A stretch of 38,275 nucleotides of DNA, taken from positions 1-38,275 of the IMG/VR virus record IMGVR_UViG_3300022719_000349; one strand, given 5' to 3'. Under the pieces are notes generated by a model that was not told where the DNA came from, did not search any database, and was given only the letters and a program-made list of their open reading frames with translations. The stretch comes from a virus. Its lineage: Duplodnaviria; Caudoviricetes. The position numbers and the translations under genes are program-made. This document shows positions 14,848 through 23,497 of the stretch, one piece after another; position 1 is the stretch's first letter, and the number at the start of each line of letters is the position of its first letter.

Positions 14848-16279
14848 GTTGTTCCGGAGGATGTTTCGTATCCTGAGGCACGACGTGTTTGCCTTCGGCA
14901 AGGCGTTCGGCTTCCCCGAGCCGACTTGGCAACAAAAGAAGGTGCTGACGAAGGTCAACGAGACCCAAGGCGATCCGACCTACCTCGCGGTCAAATCGGG
15001 ACAGGGGGTGGGGAAGACCACCACGGAAGCGTGGATCGCTGCATGGCGCACCTTCCGCACCTACGGAGCCCCGACCTACGTCACGGCTCCGACGATGCGG
15101 CAGGTGAAGGACGTGTTCATCAAGGAGCTGCGGGTCAACCTCGACAATGCCGAGCCCGGGCTCGCCGACTTCTGGGACGTGCAAACGACGCGCGCCCTGC
15201 TGTTCGGACACAAGGACTGGGGCGTGATCGGGCTGTCCGCCTCCCGCGCGGAGAACTTCCAGGGTTACCACCACCAGAACATGAGCTTCGTGGTGGACGA
15301 GGCGTCGGGCGTCGATGCCGATATCATCGAGACCATCATGGGCACGCTTTCCCAGAGGAAGCCGGACGGGTCGCCGGGTGATCGTTTTTGCATGCTCTGC
15401 GGCAACCCCAACACGCGCGACTGCGCTTTCTTCCTCTGCTTCACGTACGACCGCGAGAGCTGGACCGGTTTCACCTTCAATTCGGAGGATTCGCCCCTCG
15501 TCGATCAGGAAAACATCCGGCGCATGGCCGAACTCTACGGCCGGGACAGCGACGTGTACCGAGTGCGCGTGCTCGGAGAGTTTCCGTTGCAGGATCCTCG
15601 GTGCGTGATGAACTCCGACGACCTCGAAGCATGCACCCGCAACGATCCCGTGGACTGCGCCGCCAGCCAGCGCTATCTCGACCTGATGCACCGGTTCATG
15701 CCCCGCAAGGCGATCTCACTCGATTTCGCCCGCTATGGCGACGACCGCAGCATCATCATGCGCCGCAGCGGGCTTGCCGTCGTGGAGATGCACGGCTTTG
15801 CGAAGACCGAACCCGACGTCGTCGTGGCACGGGCATTCGAATCGCAGAAGCGCGCCAACTGGAAAAACAAGGACATGGTCTACATCGCCGATGCGGACGG
15901 TTTGGGCCAGGGTGTTATGCACATCTTCCATCGCGGCCGGAAGGAAGTGATGGAGTTCCATAATGGCGGGCGGCCGCACGACGGACAGACCTACTATGAT
16001 GCCGCCACGGAAGCGATGTTCGAGATGGCCCATCTCGTCAAACAGCGGGCCATTTACATCCCGGATGACAAGCAACTCATCCGTGAGCTTTCGACGCGCC
16101 AATACGCGACCGCGTCAGGTGTGAGAGGCGCCGGGCGGATCAAGCTGGAGAGCAAGGAGGACTTCATCCGCCGCACGGGCGAGTCCTCGCCGGACAAAGG
16201 GGATGCGGCCATGATGTTGTTCTACCCGTACGCCAATCCGAGCGTGAGTGTGGCCATGCGTCGCAGGAGGAAGCGATGA
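14837..16279 (+). CDS. terL: Terminase large subunit
   Basis: Walker A SGQGVGKT, Walker B VVDEA, coupling motif GNP, and nuclease acidic motifs DFARYGDD, DADGLG and SPDKGDA. Confidence 0.95.
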   Translation: MRVELFRRMFRILRHDVFAFGKAFGFPEPTWQQKKVLTKVNETQGDPTYLAVKSGQGVGKTTTEAWIAAWRTFRTYGAPTYVTAPTMRQVKDVFIKELRVNLDNAEPGLADFWDVQTTRALLFGHKDWGVIGLSASRAENFQGYHHQNMSFVVDEASGVDADIIETIMGTLSQRKPDGSPGDRFCMLCGNPNTRDCAFFLCFTYDRESWTGFTFNSEDSPLVDQENIRRMAELYGRDSDVYRVRVLGEFPLQDPRCVMNSDDLEACTRNDPVDCAASQRYLDLMHRFMPRKAISLDFARYGDDRSIIMRRSGLAVVEMHGFAKTEPDVVVARAFESQKRANWKNKDMVYIADADGLGQGVMHIFHRGRKEVMEFHNGGRPHDGQTYYDAATEAMFEMAHLVKQRAIYIPDDKQLIRELSTRQYATASGVRGAGRIKLESKEDFIRRTGESSPDKGDAAMMLFYPYANPSVSVAMRRRRKR

Positions 16280-16461
16280 AGTGCATCCGACCGAACTGCA
16301 CTGGGAGCATGCGCGTGCTTCGCACGGCCACAGGGGAGGGGATGGCCCTCCAGGACCGCCAGTGTGACCGGTGCGCGGCTCGAAAGGTGTTCGTGGTGCG
16401 GCCGCACGAGGGTGAGGCGGGCGACGTGCGGGCCATGTTGCGCCGGTTGGCGCGGAAGTGA
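16276..16461 (+). CDS. Small zinc-ribbon protein, possible Ogr/Delta-like late regulator
   Basis: MKCIRPNC...MRVLRT...RQCDRC; AGGAGG RBS, ATGA-coupled. Confidence 0.55.
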   Translation: MKCIRPNCTGSMRVLRTATGEGMALQDRQCDRCAARKVFVVRPHEGEAGDVRAMLRRLARK

Positions 16462-16463
16462 TG

Positions 16464-16536
16464 AGGCGGGGGACGGATTCGAACCGCCGACCTTCTGCTT
16501 ATGAGGCAGACGAGCTGTCCACTGCTCTACCCCGCC
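16464..16536 (-). tRNA. tRNA with CAU anticodon (Met; Ile2 not excluded), CCA not encoded
   Basis: Full cloverleaf: acceptor GGCGGGG/CCCCGCC, D stem GAGC/GCTC, anticodon arm TCTGC-CTCATAA-GCAGA, T arm GGCGG-TTCGAAT-CCGTC. Confidence 0.95.
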
Positions 16537-16543
16537 GAGGTCC

Positions 16544-16571
16544 ATCCTAACGCGACACGGCCGAAGGTCAA
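16544..16571 (-). promoter_or_regulatory. Sigma70-like promoter for the tRNA
   Basis: TTGACC-16 bp-TAGGAT, ending 7 nt before tRNA position 1. Confidence 0.65.
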
Positions 16572-16640
16572 GAAAATGGGGCCGCCTGCCGGAGCGGCCC
16601 CGAAGGAGAGAGAGGACATGCGGCCTCAACCATTGTAGCA

Positions 16641-16676
16641 GAAAACGAGCCCCCGACCACAAAGGGCCGAGGGCTC
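16641..16676 (-). terminator. Terminator closing the tail operon
   Basis: Stem GAGCCCUCGGCC/GGUCGGGGGCUC followed by GUUUUC, about 40 nt after the last tail-block stop codon. Confidence 0.6.
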
Positions 16677-16716
16677 TAAGGAGGAGGCAGCCCGCGCGGT
16701 GCGCGGGATGAGGTGA

Positions 16717-17655
16717 CTAGGACTGGTAGTGAGAGCCCTCGATGCTCGGCACGAGCAGGTTGGCCTGAAGGACGACCACGCCACCGACGTTGGTCAGTCC
16801 GTTGCGGGTCAGGACGCCGACCAGCTTGCGGTCTGCCGCCAGCGGGTTCGTGGCGTCGCCGTGGGGCAGGTCGAGAAGCACGCGCTGGATGTCGCCGTCT
16901 GCGAACCCGGCGCCCATCGCGGGCTGGGCTTCGGTGGCGTTGGTAGTCGATCCGCCGTGCCCGCCCGTGCCGATCAGCGCGGTGGTGTAGTCCATCTGCA
17001 TGTCCACGGTGTCGCCGCTCGATTCCCCTTGGTCGAGGGCTACGAGGAGCTCCAGCTTCGCGTCCTGCCCGCCGATGTACCCGGTCGGGATCGGGCGCGA
17101 GCGGACGCGCAGTTCCTTGGTGCCGTTGTCCAGCAGCCAACCGAGCTCGCCGTTTTTGTTCTTCGTCCCTGCCGGGGTCGCGAGGCCATCCGTATCGAGG
17201 TCGCAAGGAACACGCACGAAGTCGCCGCCGTCCACGTTCCAGACGCCGAGGTAGTTCCGGCGGGTGTCGCCGCCTACGACGACCTTCTGCTTCATCGAGT
17301 CGAACTGGAAGACCCCCAGGTTGGCCACGTCCAACGGGAGCAGGGAGCCGGTTGCGACCGACTCCAGGATGAACTTCACAAGGGCCTTCTTGTCGCAGTC
17401 GAGCGCCTCCCGCAGCTTGTAGATGCCCGCGAGCGCCTCGACTTGGGAGTTGTCCGGCAGCGTGACCCGGAAGTGGATATTGCCGTCGCCGGGATCGTAC
17501 GCCTTCAGCATTCCGGGCACCGGGGTGGAGATCGTGTCTCCGAGGGTGTTCCGCTTCAGGATGTCAACATCCTCGATGATCTTCAAGCCGAACACGCGCG
17601 GCTTCTCGGGGCCCGACTTGTCGTCACTGGTGTCGTACGTTGCGAAATCGCTCAT
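16717..17655 (-). CDS. Virion/tail-associated hypothetical protein
   Basis: 312 aa, last gene of the tail block, GGGAG RBS, beta-rich composition. Confidence 0.6.
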   Translation of the reverse strand: MSDFATYDTSDDKSGPEKPRVFGLKIIEDVDILKRNTLGDTISTPVPGMLKAYDPGDGNIHFRVTLPDNSQVEALAGIYKLREALDCDKKALVKFILESVATGSLLPLDVANLGVFQFDSMKQKVVVGGDTRRNYLGVWNVDGGDFVRVPCDLDTDGLATPAGTKNKNGELGWLLDNGTKELRVRSRPIPTGYIGGQDAKLELLVALDQGESSGDTVDMQMDYTTALIGTGGHGGSTTNATEAQPAMGAGFADGDIQRVLLDLPHGDATNPLAADRKLVGVLTRNGLTNVGGVVVLQANLLVPSIEGSHYQS

Positions 17656-17657
17656 GC

Positions 17658-19487
17658 CTATGCTCCCATGATTTCGATGGCCAATTTCAGGGTACCACCG
17701 CCTGCCGCAGCCACGGGGCTGCCGCGCGCGATGTAATCAACCGAACCGGCGCCGGGGCCGCCGGAGAATCTCAGGTAGCCCCCGCTGATGCTGCTTGCCG
17801 ACACGCTGCCAAACCCGGCGTAGGACTCGTTGGTTGCGTCGCTGGGCCCTACCGCCACCTGGGGCGCGGCGGCGAAGGCCTTCGCAAAGGTTGCAGTCCA
17901 CGAGCCCGAAGGGGCGCTTTCTTGCCCCCTGACGGTCTGCTCCACGTAGATGTGGACCTCGCCCGCGACGGCGGAGTCGTCGATATGCACGTCGAACCCC
18001 ACTCCGTTGGCGGGCGCGGTATCCATCACGGTGACGTTGACTTTCGGGTCGGAGAAGACAGTCAAAACCTCGCTCGGGATCGAGAAGATGTGGGCCGCTC
18101 CCGCGCTGGCGGGGGCGAAATCCTCGCAGTATTCCCACTTTCGGTTCCGGCGACGTCGACGCCACCAGAAGCGACGCAACCGCGGCGCGCGGAGCCCCCG
18201 GTGGGAAAGCACGGTGATGCGCGGCGTTACGAACCGGCAAAGCAGAGCCCTGGACGGGTCGCGCAGAACCTCGTAGGGCCCGTATGCTCCCCCGTCCGGC
18301 TTACATTTCACCTCATGGAGGACACGTATCGGCGAGCCGTCGCTGATACTCCCAAACATCGACAGGTCGCGCGAGGCTCCGGTGACGCGTCGGATGCCGG
18401 TCCCGGCTTGCTGCTGCTGGATTTCCTGAGCTTCATGCTGCCGGAACATGGCGTAGCACTCGGCGAAGATGCTTCGCTCCGGAATGCGATCCATGTCCTC
18501 GACAGAAGGCACCGCCTGCACGGTGAAGTCGGCATCCTTGCCGTTGTCCTGCTCGAGGAGCTCCGCCCTCCCGTAGGGGAAGATGTCCTCCATCGACCAG
18601 AACGAAGCGCCGTTCTCCATGCTGAACACGCTGTCCGGGAATCCCCCGGCGCCTGCACTTGCGAACATGCTCGGCATCTCGGCGTTCACGAGTTCGCTAC
18701 CGACCACCTCCATCGTGTCCAGCCCGTACATCTGTTCGATGGTGACCGAGCCCCACGCGTCCTCGAAATCGAACCCGGTGGTCGGCCCCGCCATGCCGGG
18801 AGGGTCATGCACGAAGGTGGTTTTGGACTTCCAGCCGGTCTCTGCGTCGCTGTTGGGGTCGTAGGTCCGGAAAAACACGACCTGCTGGGTTTCGCCCGGG
18901 ATGACGGGCACCTTGATGCGAGTGCCGATCAAGGAGATGTCATCGGTGCGGAAGTGGCCGACCTCGATGGCGTTGGCGGGGTCGGTCTCGCCCTGCGGGG
19001 CGGTACGGACCTCCAACACCACCTCGCTGCGCGGCAAGGGAACCCCGGGCGCCGCCTCGGTGCCGCCCTCGGAGGACGGCTGCGGCTGCACATCGTCGCC
19101 TGACGTGTCAGGCACAGGGAGGGCGCCGCCGTCTTCGGTTGTTTTGGGTTGATCTGCCGTGGTCACAGGAACGACGTCGAGCACATCGCCTTCTTGGCCG
19201 ACTTCCACGTCCTCGACCCCGGCGATGGGCTTGTCGGGAGCCCTGCGTGTCGTAGGACGGAACGTGTAGGTGGTTTTGCTCCGTGCGAGGCGGCTGCCGT
19301 TGCTATCAATCGTCCAGACGCCGAACACACTGGGACGGGCGTCGAAGGCCCGAAGCTCGACCACCGGCTTGCGCGTGCTCTCCAGTAGCACTTCTTCCGT
19401 CTCCGGACGCCCCTGCTCGGCGATGGTCAACTGCCGCGAGAGCGTCGGATCGGGAAGCGGCGAGAACTTGATGCGGACGAACGGCAC
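17658..19487 (-). CDS. Tail tip / fibre-associated protein
   Basis: 609 aa downstream of the tail-tip gene; C-terminal ATFAKAFAAAPQVAV repeat type seen in fibre domains; GGAGGAGG RBS. Confidence 0.6.
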   Translation of the reverse strand: MPFVRIKFSPLPDPTLSRQLTIAEQGRPETEEVLLESTRKPVVELRAFDARPSVFGVWTIDSNGSRLARSKTTYTFRPTTRRAPDKPIAGVEDVEVGQEGDVLDVVPVTTADQPKTTEDGGALPVPDTSGDDVQPQPSSEGGTEAAPGVPLPRSEVVLEVRTAPQGETDPANAIEVGHFRTDDISLIGTRIKVPVIPGETQQVVFFRTYDPNSDAETGWKSKTTFVHDPPGMAGPTTGFDFEDAWGSVTIEQMYGLDTMEVVGSELVNAEMPSMFASAGAGGFPDSVFSMENGASFWSMEDIFPYGRAELLEQDNGKDADFTVQAVPSVEDMDRIPERSIFAECYAMFRQHEAQEIQQQQAGTGIRRVTGASRDLSMFGSISDGSPIRVLHEVKCKPDGGAYGPYEVLRDPSRALLCRFVTPRITVLSHRGLRAPRLRRFWWRRRRRNRKWEYCEDFAPASAGAAHIFSIPSEVLTVFSDPKVNVTVMDTAPANGVGFDVHIDDSAVAGEVHIYVEQTVRGQESAPSGSWTATFAKAFAAAPQVAVGPSDATNESYAGFGSVSASSISGGYLRFSGGPGAGSVDYIARGSPVAAAGGGTLKLAIEIMGA

Positions 19488-22237
19488 TAGACCTCCTCCA
19501 CATCCACGATAAACGATTTCGGCACCGGCACATTCGCGAAGCCTCCCGCATTGCCACCGGTCGGAGGGGGTCGCACGCCGGGCGGGACTCCGCCGTTCGG
19601 GCCCGAGAAGGAGACCTGCTTCGCCTGCCCTCCCAGTAACGAGACTTGGAGTTCAAGGCGCAGGTTGGATCCCATCTGGCGGTGGACGATCATCGCTTTT
19701 CGGCCATTCAGCTCGCTCGACGGCGACTGCAAGACGACGATGTCGCCGGGGTCGAGGATGTACGGATAGAGGTTGTTGCAGCGGATCGTGGCGACCCGCT
19801 GATTGGCAAGCTCGTTCGCGGCCTGCTTGCTCCCAACCCGGTTGACCTGCCAGCGCCTGCGCACGGCCGGGAACTCCAACCTGCGTGTGATGCGCCGCGC
19901 CGGGTCGTCCTCGATGGCCGGAATGAACACGGGGTCGGCACGCTGGTCGAAGCCCGCCTCCTCGTCCGGGAACGAAATCACGAAATCGGTGGCCACCTGT
20001 TCGAGGCTCTTCTGCGTCGTTTGCAGGCCGTCCACGATGCTGACTTCGCCGCCCTCGCCGATCTCCGCATCGAGGATGTCGAAATCCGTGATGGTGAAAT
20101 CGGTGCCGGTTCGCGGATCGAGTGTGGGATCGGGGTCTTCCTCGTCCACATCGAAAGGGAAGAACCACTGCCCGCGGGACAGCACGGCGCTGCACTCGCT
20201 GCCTGCGAGGATGCGCGTGACGGCGCTGTAGAGGGACGTGCGCTTGGCGAGGACGATGTCCGCCTCTGCGGCCGTTCGCGTTTCGCCTCCGAAAGACACC
20301 TGCCGCTCGCAGAAGTTGGCCGCGGCGAGTGCGCTCGCCCAGTCGATGTGCAGGTTCGAGTCGAAGCCGACGACGCCTCCCCCGGCCAGGTCGTCCAGGA
20401 TCAGGTTCACGGCCAACCACACGGGGTTGCGCGTCCATTCGTTGTCGAAGACCGGCTCGGTCAGATCGGGGTCAAACACGAACTCGGAGATGTCTACGAA
20501 TCCCCCATCGGTGGTCACTCCGGGCGGCAGGTTCGTGCCCTTCTGGGCAAGGAAGCGTCCGAGTTGCTCGGCGTGTGAGACCTTTTGGATGCCCTTGAAC
20601 ACCTTGCAGATGCGCGCGCGGAGCTGCACCTCGACTTCGGGCTCCTGCTTGAGGCCTTCGTCCTCGGTGAAGCGCACAAGGAGGAGCGCGCGGCGGGGGA
20701 ACGAGAACTGGCGGTCCTCGATCTCCGTGACTGACTCGAAGAACATCTCCCGTTGGCCGTTGCCGGGCGTGTCCGGACCGAGGCGAGTGACCTCGATAGC
20801 GTACTGCTGGCGCTTGAGCTTTGCGACGCCGAGGCCGTCCGAGGCACGGAATTGCCAGCGGGCTATGCCGCCCTGAATCTTGCCGTGCAGGGGCAGTTCA
20901 CGCTTGCGGGCGAACTCCAACTCGACCCATCCATCGTCGGGGTCGCGCGACGACGTCGGGGCGGGGGCGTCGGGCGCGGAGACAGCGCGCACGCGGATGC
21001 GCACGGGCACCGTCGTGCCCCGAATGCCGGTGCTGCCGAGCCCGTGGAATCCGCCTTGGCCGGAGGCGATGCTCACGTCGAGATCGGAAACCTCACGCGA
21101 CGTAGTGAACGTCCGGCGCAGCCCTTGCGTCAATTCGAGCCCCACCGGGCGCGAGTTTTTCGCACCCTCTTCCAGCGGCAGCGGCTCCTGGTCGAGGGCG
21201 CCGGTGCGGAGGAAGGTCTCCACTTCGAACCCGAAGGGCAGAGACGAGAACGTCGCCGAGACGAGTCCCGCAGGCACGTCGTCGTCGAAGACCGCGCGCG
21301 AGTTGCCCGTGTCTGTGACCTTCAGATCGAAAAAGACCGGTGCGGCCCCGCTTGCGTTCTTGAAGATCTTGGCGCAAACGCTCAGGGTATCCAACTCGCG
21401 ACGCGGCCCGGTGAGGTTGTCGTCGATGATCCGCACGAACTTGCGGCCCTGTTTGTCGGTTTCGATTTTCCACTGCGAGGGCTGGAGGTTGATTTCCTCC
21501 CAGTCTCCGACAGCGAAGCAGAAGAAGCCGAAGCACCGCAGTTTGCGCGACCGCAGGGTCAGCGTGTCTATCGTCTCCTCGTCGAGGGCGGAGTCGATCA
21601 AGTAGCCCGTTACCGTCTCGGTGCGGTTGATCCAGAAGAACACGGGGTCTTTCTTCTCGACCTGGAACTTGCTGGGCCGTACCTTGTCGGCGATTTCTGT
21701 CACTGCCCAAGCGGTCCTGTCGAGCGGCGCCCCTCGGGCCGCGCCGTAGGGCTCGTCGTCCAGAAAGACCGTTACGCTATCGCGCTGGACGTGCTCCTTG
21801 GGGAAGAACCACTCCTTGCGGCCGGATGTGCCCCGAGCGAGGGCACGCTCACTGAACGACGAGTCCTTCGTGACTTCCTCGAAGACGGGGGTCTTGTCGA
21901 GCCACACGCCCAGCCCGCCTCCGTCGAACGGCCCGACTCCGAGGTCGAGCAACAGCCCCACCTGGGCCTTGCTGTTGCCGACACTGCCAAAGGAGTTCAG
22001 GTTCGGCACGCGAATCCAACGAGACAGCAGGGGCGGCCGGTAGCGCGGGCGCCCGCCGACCCAAGGGCTGGGGTCTTGCGGATCGGCCTTGTTGTCCCGG
22101 AGCCCGAAACGTGCTCCCTCCGCACCGCCGTCGCTTTTGGTGTTGGCCGCGAGGACGAACGATGCGACCGACGAGACGATGGCGACGGTGGCGAGGATCG
22201 CCGTGGCGCCGAAGTCGGCCAGCAGGTGCAAGCTCAT
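19487..22237 (-). CDS. Central tail tip / host-specificity protein (lambda gpJ-like)
   Basis: QYAIEVTRL, SFPRRALL, EWTRNPVW and IDWAS...AANFC are motifs of J-like hubs; hydrophobic N-terminus; start MSLHLL is ATGA-coupled. Confidence 0.75.
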   Translation of the reverse strand: MSLHLLADFGATAILATVAIVSSVASFVLAANTKSDGGAEGARFGLRDNKADPQDPSPWVGGRPRYRPPLLSRWIRVPNLNSFGSVGNSKAQVGLLLDLGVGPFDGGGLGVWLDKTPVFEEVTKDSSFSERALARGTSGRKEWFFPKEHVQRDSVTVFLDDEPYGAARGAPLDRTAWAVTEIADKVRPSKFQVEKKDPVFFWINRTETVTGYLIDSALDEETIDTLTLRSRKLRCFGFFCFAVGDWEEINLQPSQWKIETDKQGRKFVRIIDDNLTGPRRELDTLSVCAKIFKNASGAAPVFFDLKVTDTGNSRAVFDDDVPAGLVSATFSSLPFGFEVETFLRTGALDQEPLPLEEGAKNSRPVGLELTQGLRRTFTTSREVSDLDVSIASGQGGFHGLGSTGIRGTTVPVRIRVRAVSAPDAPAPTSSRDPDDGWVELEFARKRELPLHGKIQGGIARWQFRASDGLGVAKLKRQQYAIEVTRLGPDTPGNGQREMFFESVTEIEDRQFSFPRRALLLVRFTEDEGLKQEPEVEVQLRARICKVFKGIQKVSHAEQLGRFLAQKGTNLPPGVTTDGGFVDISEFVFDPDLTEPVFDNEWTRNPVWLAVNLILDDLAGGGVVGFDSNLHIDWASALAAANFCERQVSFGGETRTAAEADIVLAKRTSLYSAVTRILAGSECSAVLSRGQWFFPFDVDEEDPDPTLDPRTGTDFTITDFDILDAEIGEGGEVSIVDGLQTTQKSLEQVATDFVISFPDEEAGFDQRADPVFIPAIEDDPARRITRRLEFPAVRRRWQVNRVGSKQAANELANQRVATIRCNNLYPYILDPGDIVVLQSPSSELNGRKAMIVHRQMGSNLRLELQVSLLGGQAKQVSFSGPNGGVPPGVRPPPTGGNAGGFANVPVPKSFIVDVEEV

Positions 22238-22863
22238 ATCACCCTCGTATCGGAAAACGGCCACGAGGAGAAGCGCAGGATGACGTGCCGTTCCGTGCAG
22301 CCGTCCACTGTAAAGGGGCAGGACGGCAACGGGGACTCGCTCTTGCAGAACTTCCCCTTGTAGGCGAATTGGCAGCGTCGGGAGCGGGCGAGCAGAGCGC
22401 TAACCTGAAACTTGAGCGCATCGAACGCCGTGGTGAACTCGAACTCCGCCGCGGAGTCGTTCATGGTCCCGCCGGAGATTGTCCACGGGCCCTCCCTGAT
22501 ACGGAAGGCGTTGGCGTCTTGCCCCTCGCCGGGCTCGATGCTCAAAAACATGAGGTAGATCGAGAACAGCACTCCGTTGAGGTTCTCTCGGTTCTTGTTG
22601 AGCCGCGTCGTCCACTCCTGCGACAGGTTGGAGAATGCTACGCTGCCCCCGCCCGGTTCGGAGTCGAGCACGGAGCGGATCGTGCTGAAGGTGCCGTCCA
22701 CCGACGCCCAAGCCTGCCCGCCCCACACGAACGACGGGAAGCCCAAGCTCAGGTGCTCGGTGGGCAGCTCGCGGTGCTCCAGCGTTGCCCCGAGGACCAG
22801 ATCATCGAAGGCATCGCGAGCGAGCGCGTCGTAGAAGGAGGAATCGAGCAGGTCAAGGACCAC
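22234..22863 (-). CDS. Tail tip protein, lambda gpL-like
   Basis: C-terminal four-Cys cluster RRCQFAYKGKFC...SCPFTVDGC..R..RF; located between the distal tail and J-like genes. Start approximate. Confidence 0.7.
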   Translation of the reverse strand: MVLDLLDSSFYDALARDAFDDLVLGATLEHRELPTEHLSLGFPSFVWGGQAWASVDGTFSTIRSVLDSEPGGGSVAFSNLSQEWTTRLNKNRENLNGVLFSIYLMFLSIEPGEGQDANAFRIREGPWTISGGTMNDSAAEFEFTTAFDALKFQVSALLARSRRCQFAYKGKFCKSESPLPSCPFTVDGCTERHVILRFSSWPFSDTRVI

Positions 22864-23497
22864 TGGAGGCCGCCTTTTTGTCCACGAACCGGGCACCGGG
22901 CTCGGTCTCCACCAGCTCGATGCTGACGGAGCGCGGTGCGTTCTCATGCGCAGCGCTGACCTGTGCCAGCCCCTCGCCTTCCCGCAGGGGGTTCGTGACG
23001 AAGTGAACCGGCACGTAGAAGTTTGCCACGAGGTCTACGGTTGCCCCCGCGCCCGGCGCAGTGTCGAATCGGATGAGCGGCGCGGTGTTGTTGTCTACGA
23101 CGGACCACCCGCTGACCTGCGGCACCCCGTCCACGGAGACCCGGACGGAACCTGCGTCGATGTAGCGGTGCTCGAATGCGAAATCCGTCTGCCCCGCTGC
23201 CGCTGCGTGTTGGGTGACTTCCTCGCGCATGAACTTCCCGGTGTAGGGCATCACGAGGAAGGCCTCGGCGGAGTGCGCGTGCGCGAAGATCACGAATTGG
23301 GGGAACTGCTCGGAATGGCTGCCGGGCTGGGGGAAGGCGATTTCGCACAAGAGGCGATATTCCAATTGCGACCCGCGCACGAGGACGAACTTTGAGCCGC
23401 CCCGACTGGCGTTCACGCGCCGCTGCGCCGGGGCGTAGGTCTCGTACGGCTGCTCGTCGTTGGCGATGTGGAAACGGAAGACGTCCGTCGTGGCCAC
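22853..23497 (-). CDS. Distal tail protein (DUF2460-like)
   Basis: Directly after the tape measure; VRVSVDGV...LIRFDTAPGAGATV...NFYVPVHF...SIELVE pattern. Confidence 0.7.
   Translation of the reverse strand: MATTDVFRFHIANDEQPYETYAPAQRRVNASRGGSKFVLVRGSQLEYRLLCEIAFPQPGSHSEQFPQFVIFAHAHSAEAFLVMPYTGKFMREEVTQHAAAAGQTDFAFEHRYIDAGSVRVSVDGVPQVSGWSVVDNNTAPLIRFDTAPGAGATVDLVANFYVPVHFVTNPLREGEGLAQVSAAHENAPRSVSIELVETEPGARFVDKKAASSGP

Noticed and set aside
16464-16536. tRNA as attachment site or prophage boundary
   Set aside because: Phage genes continue on both sides and I found no duplicated tRNA 3' fragment in the window.
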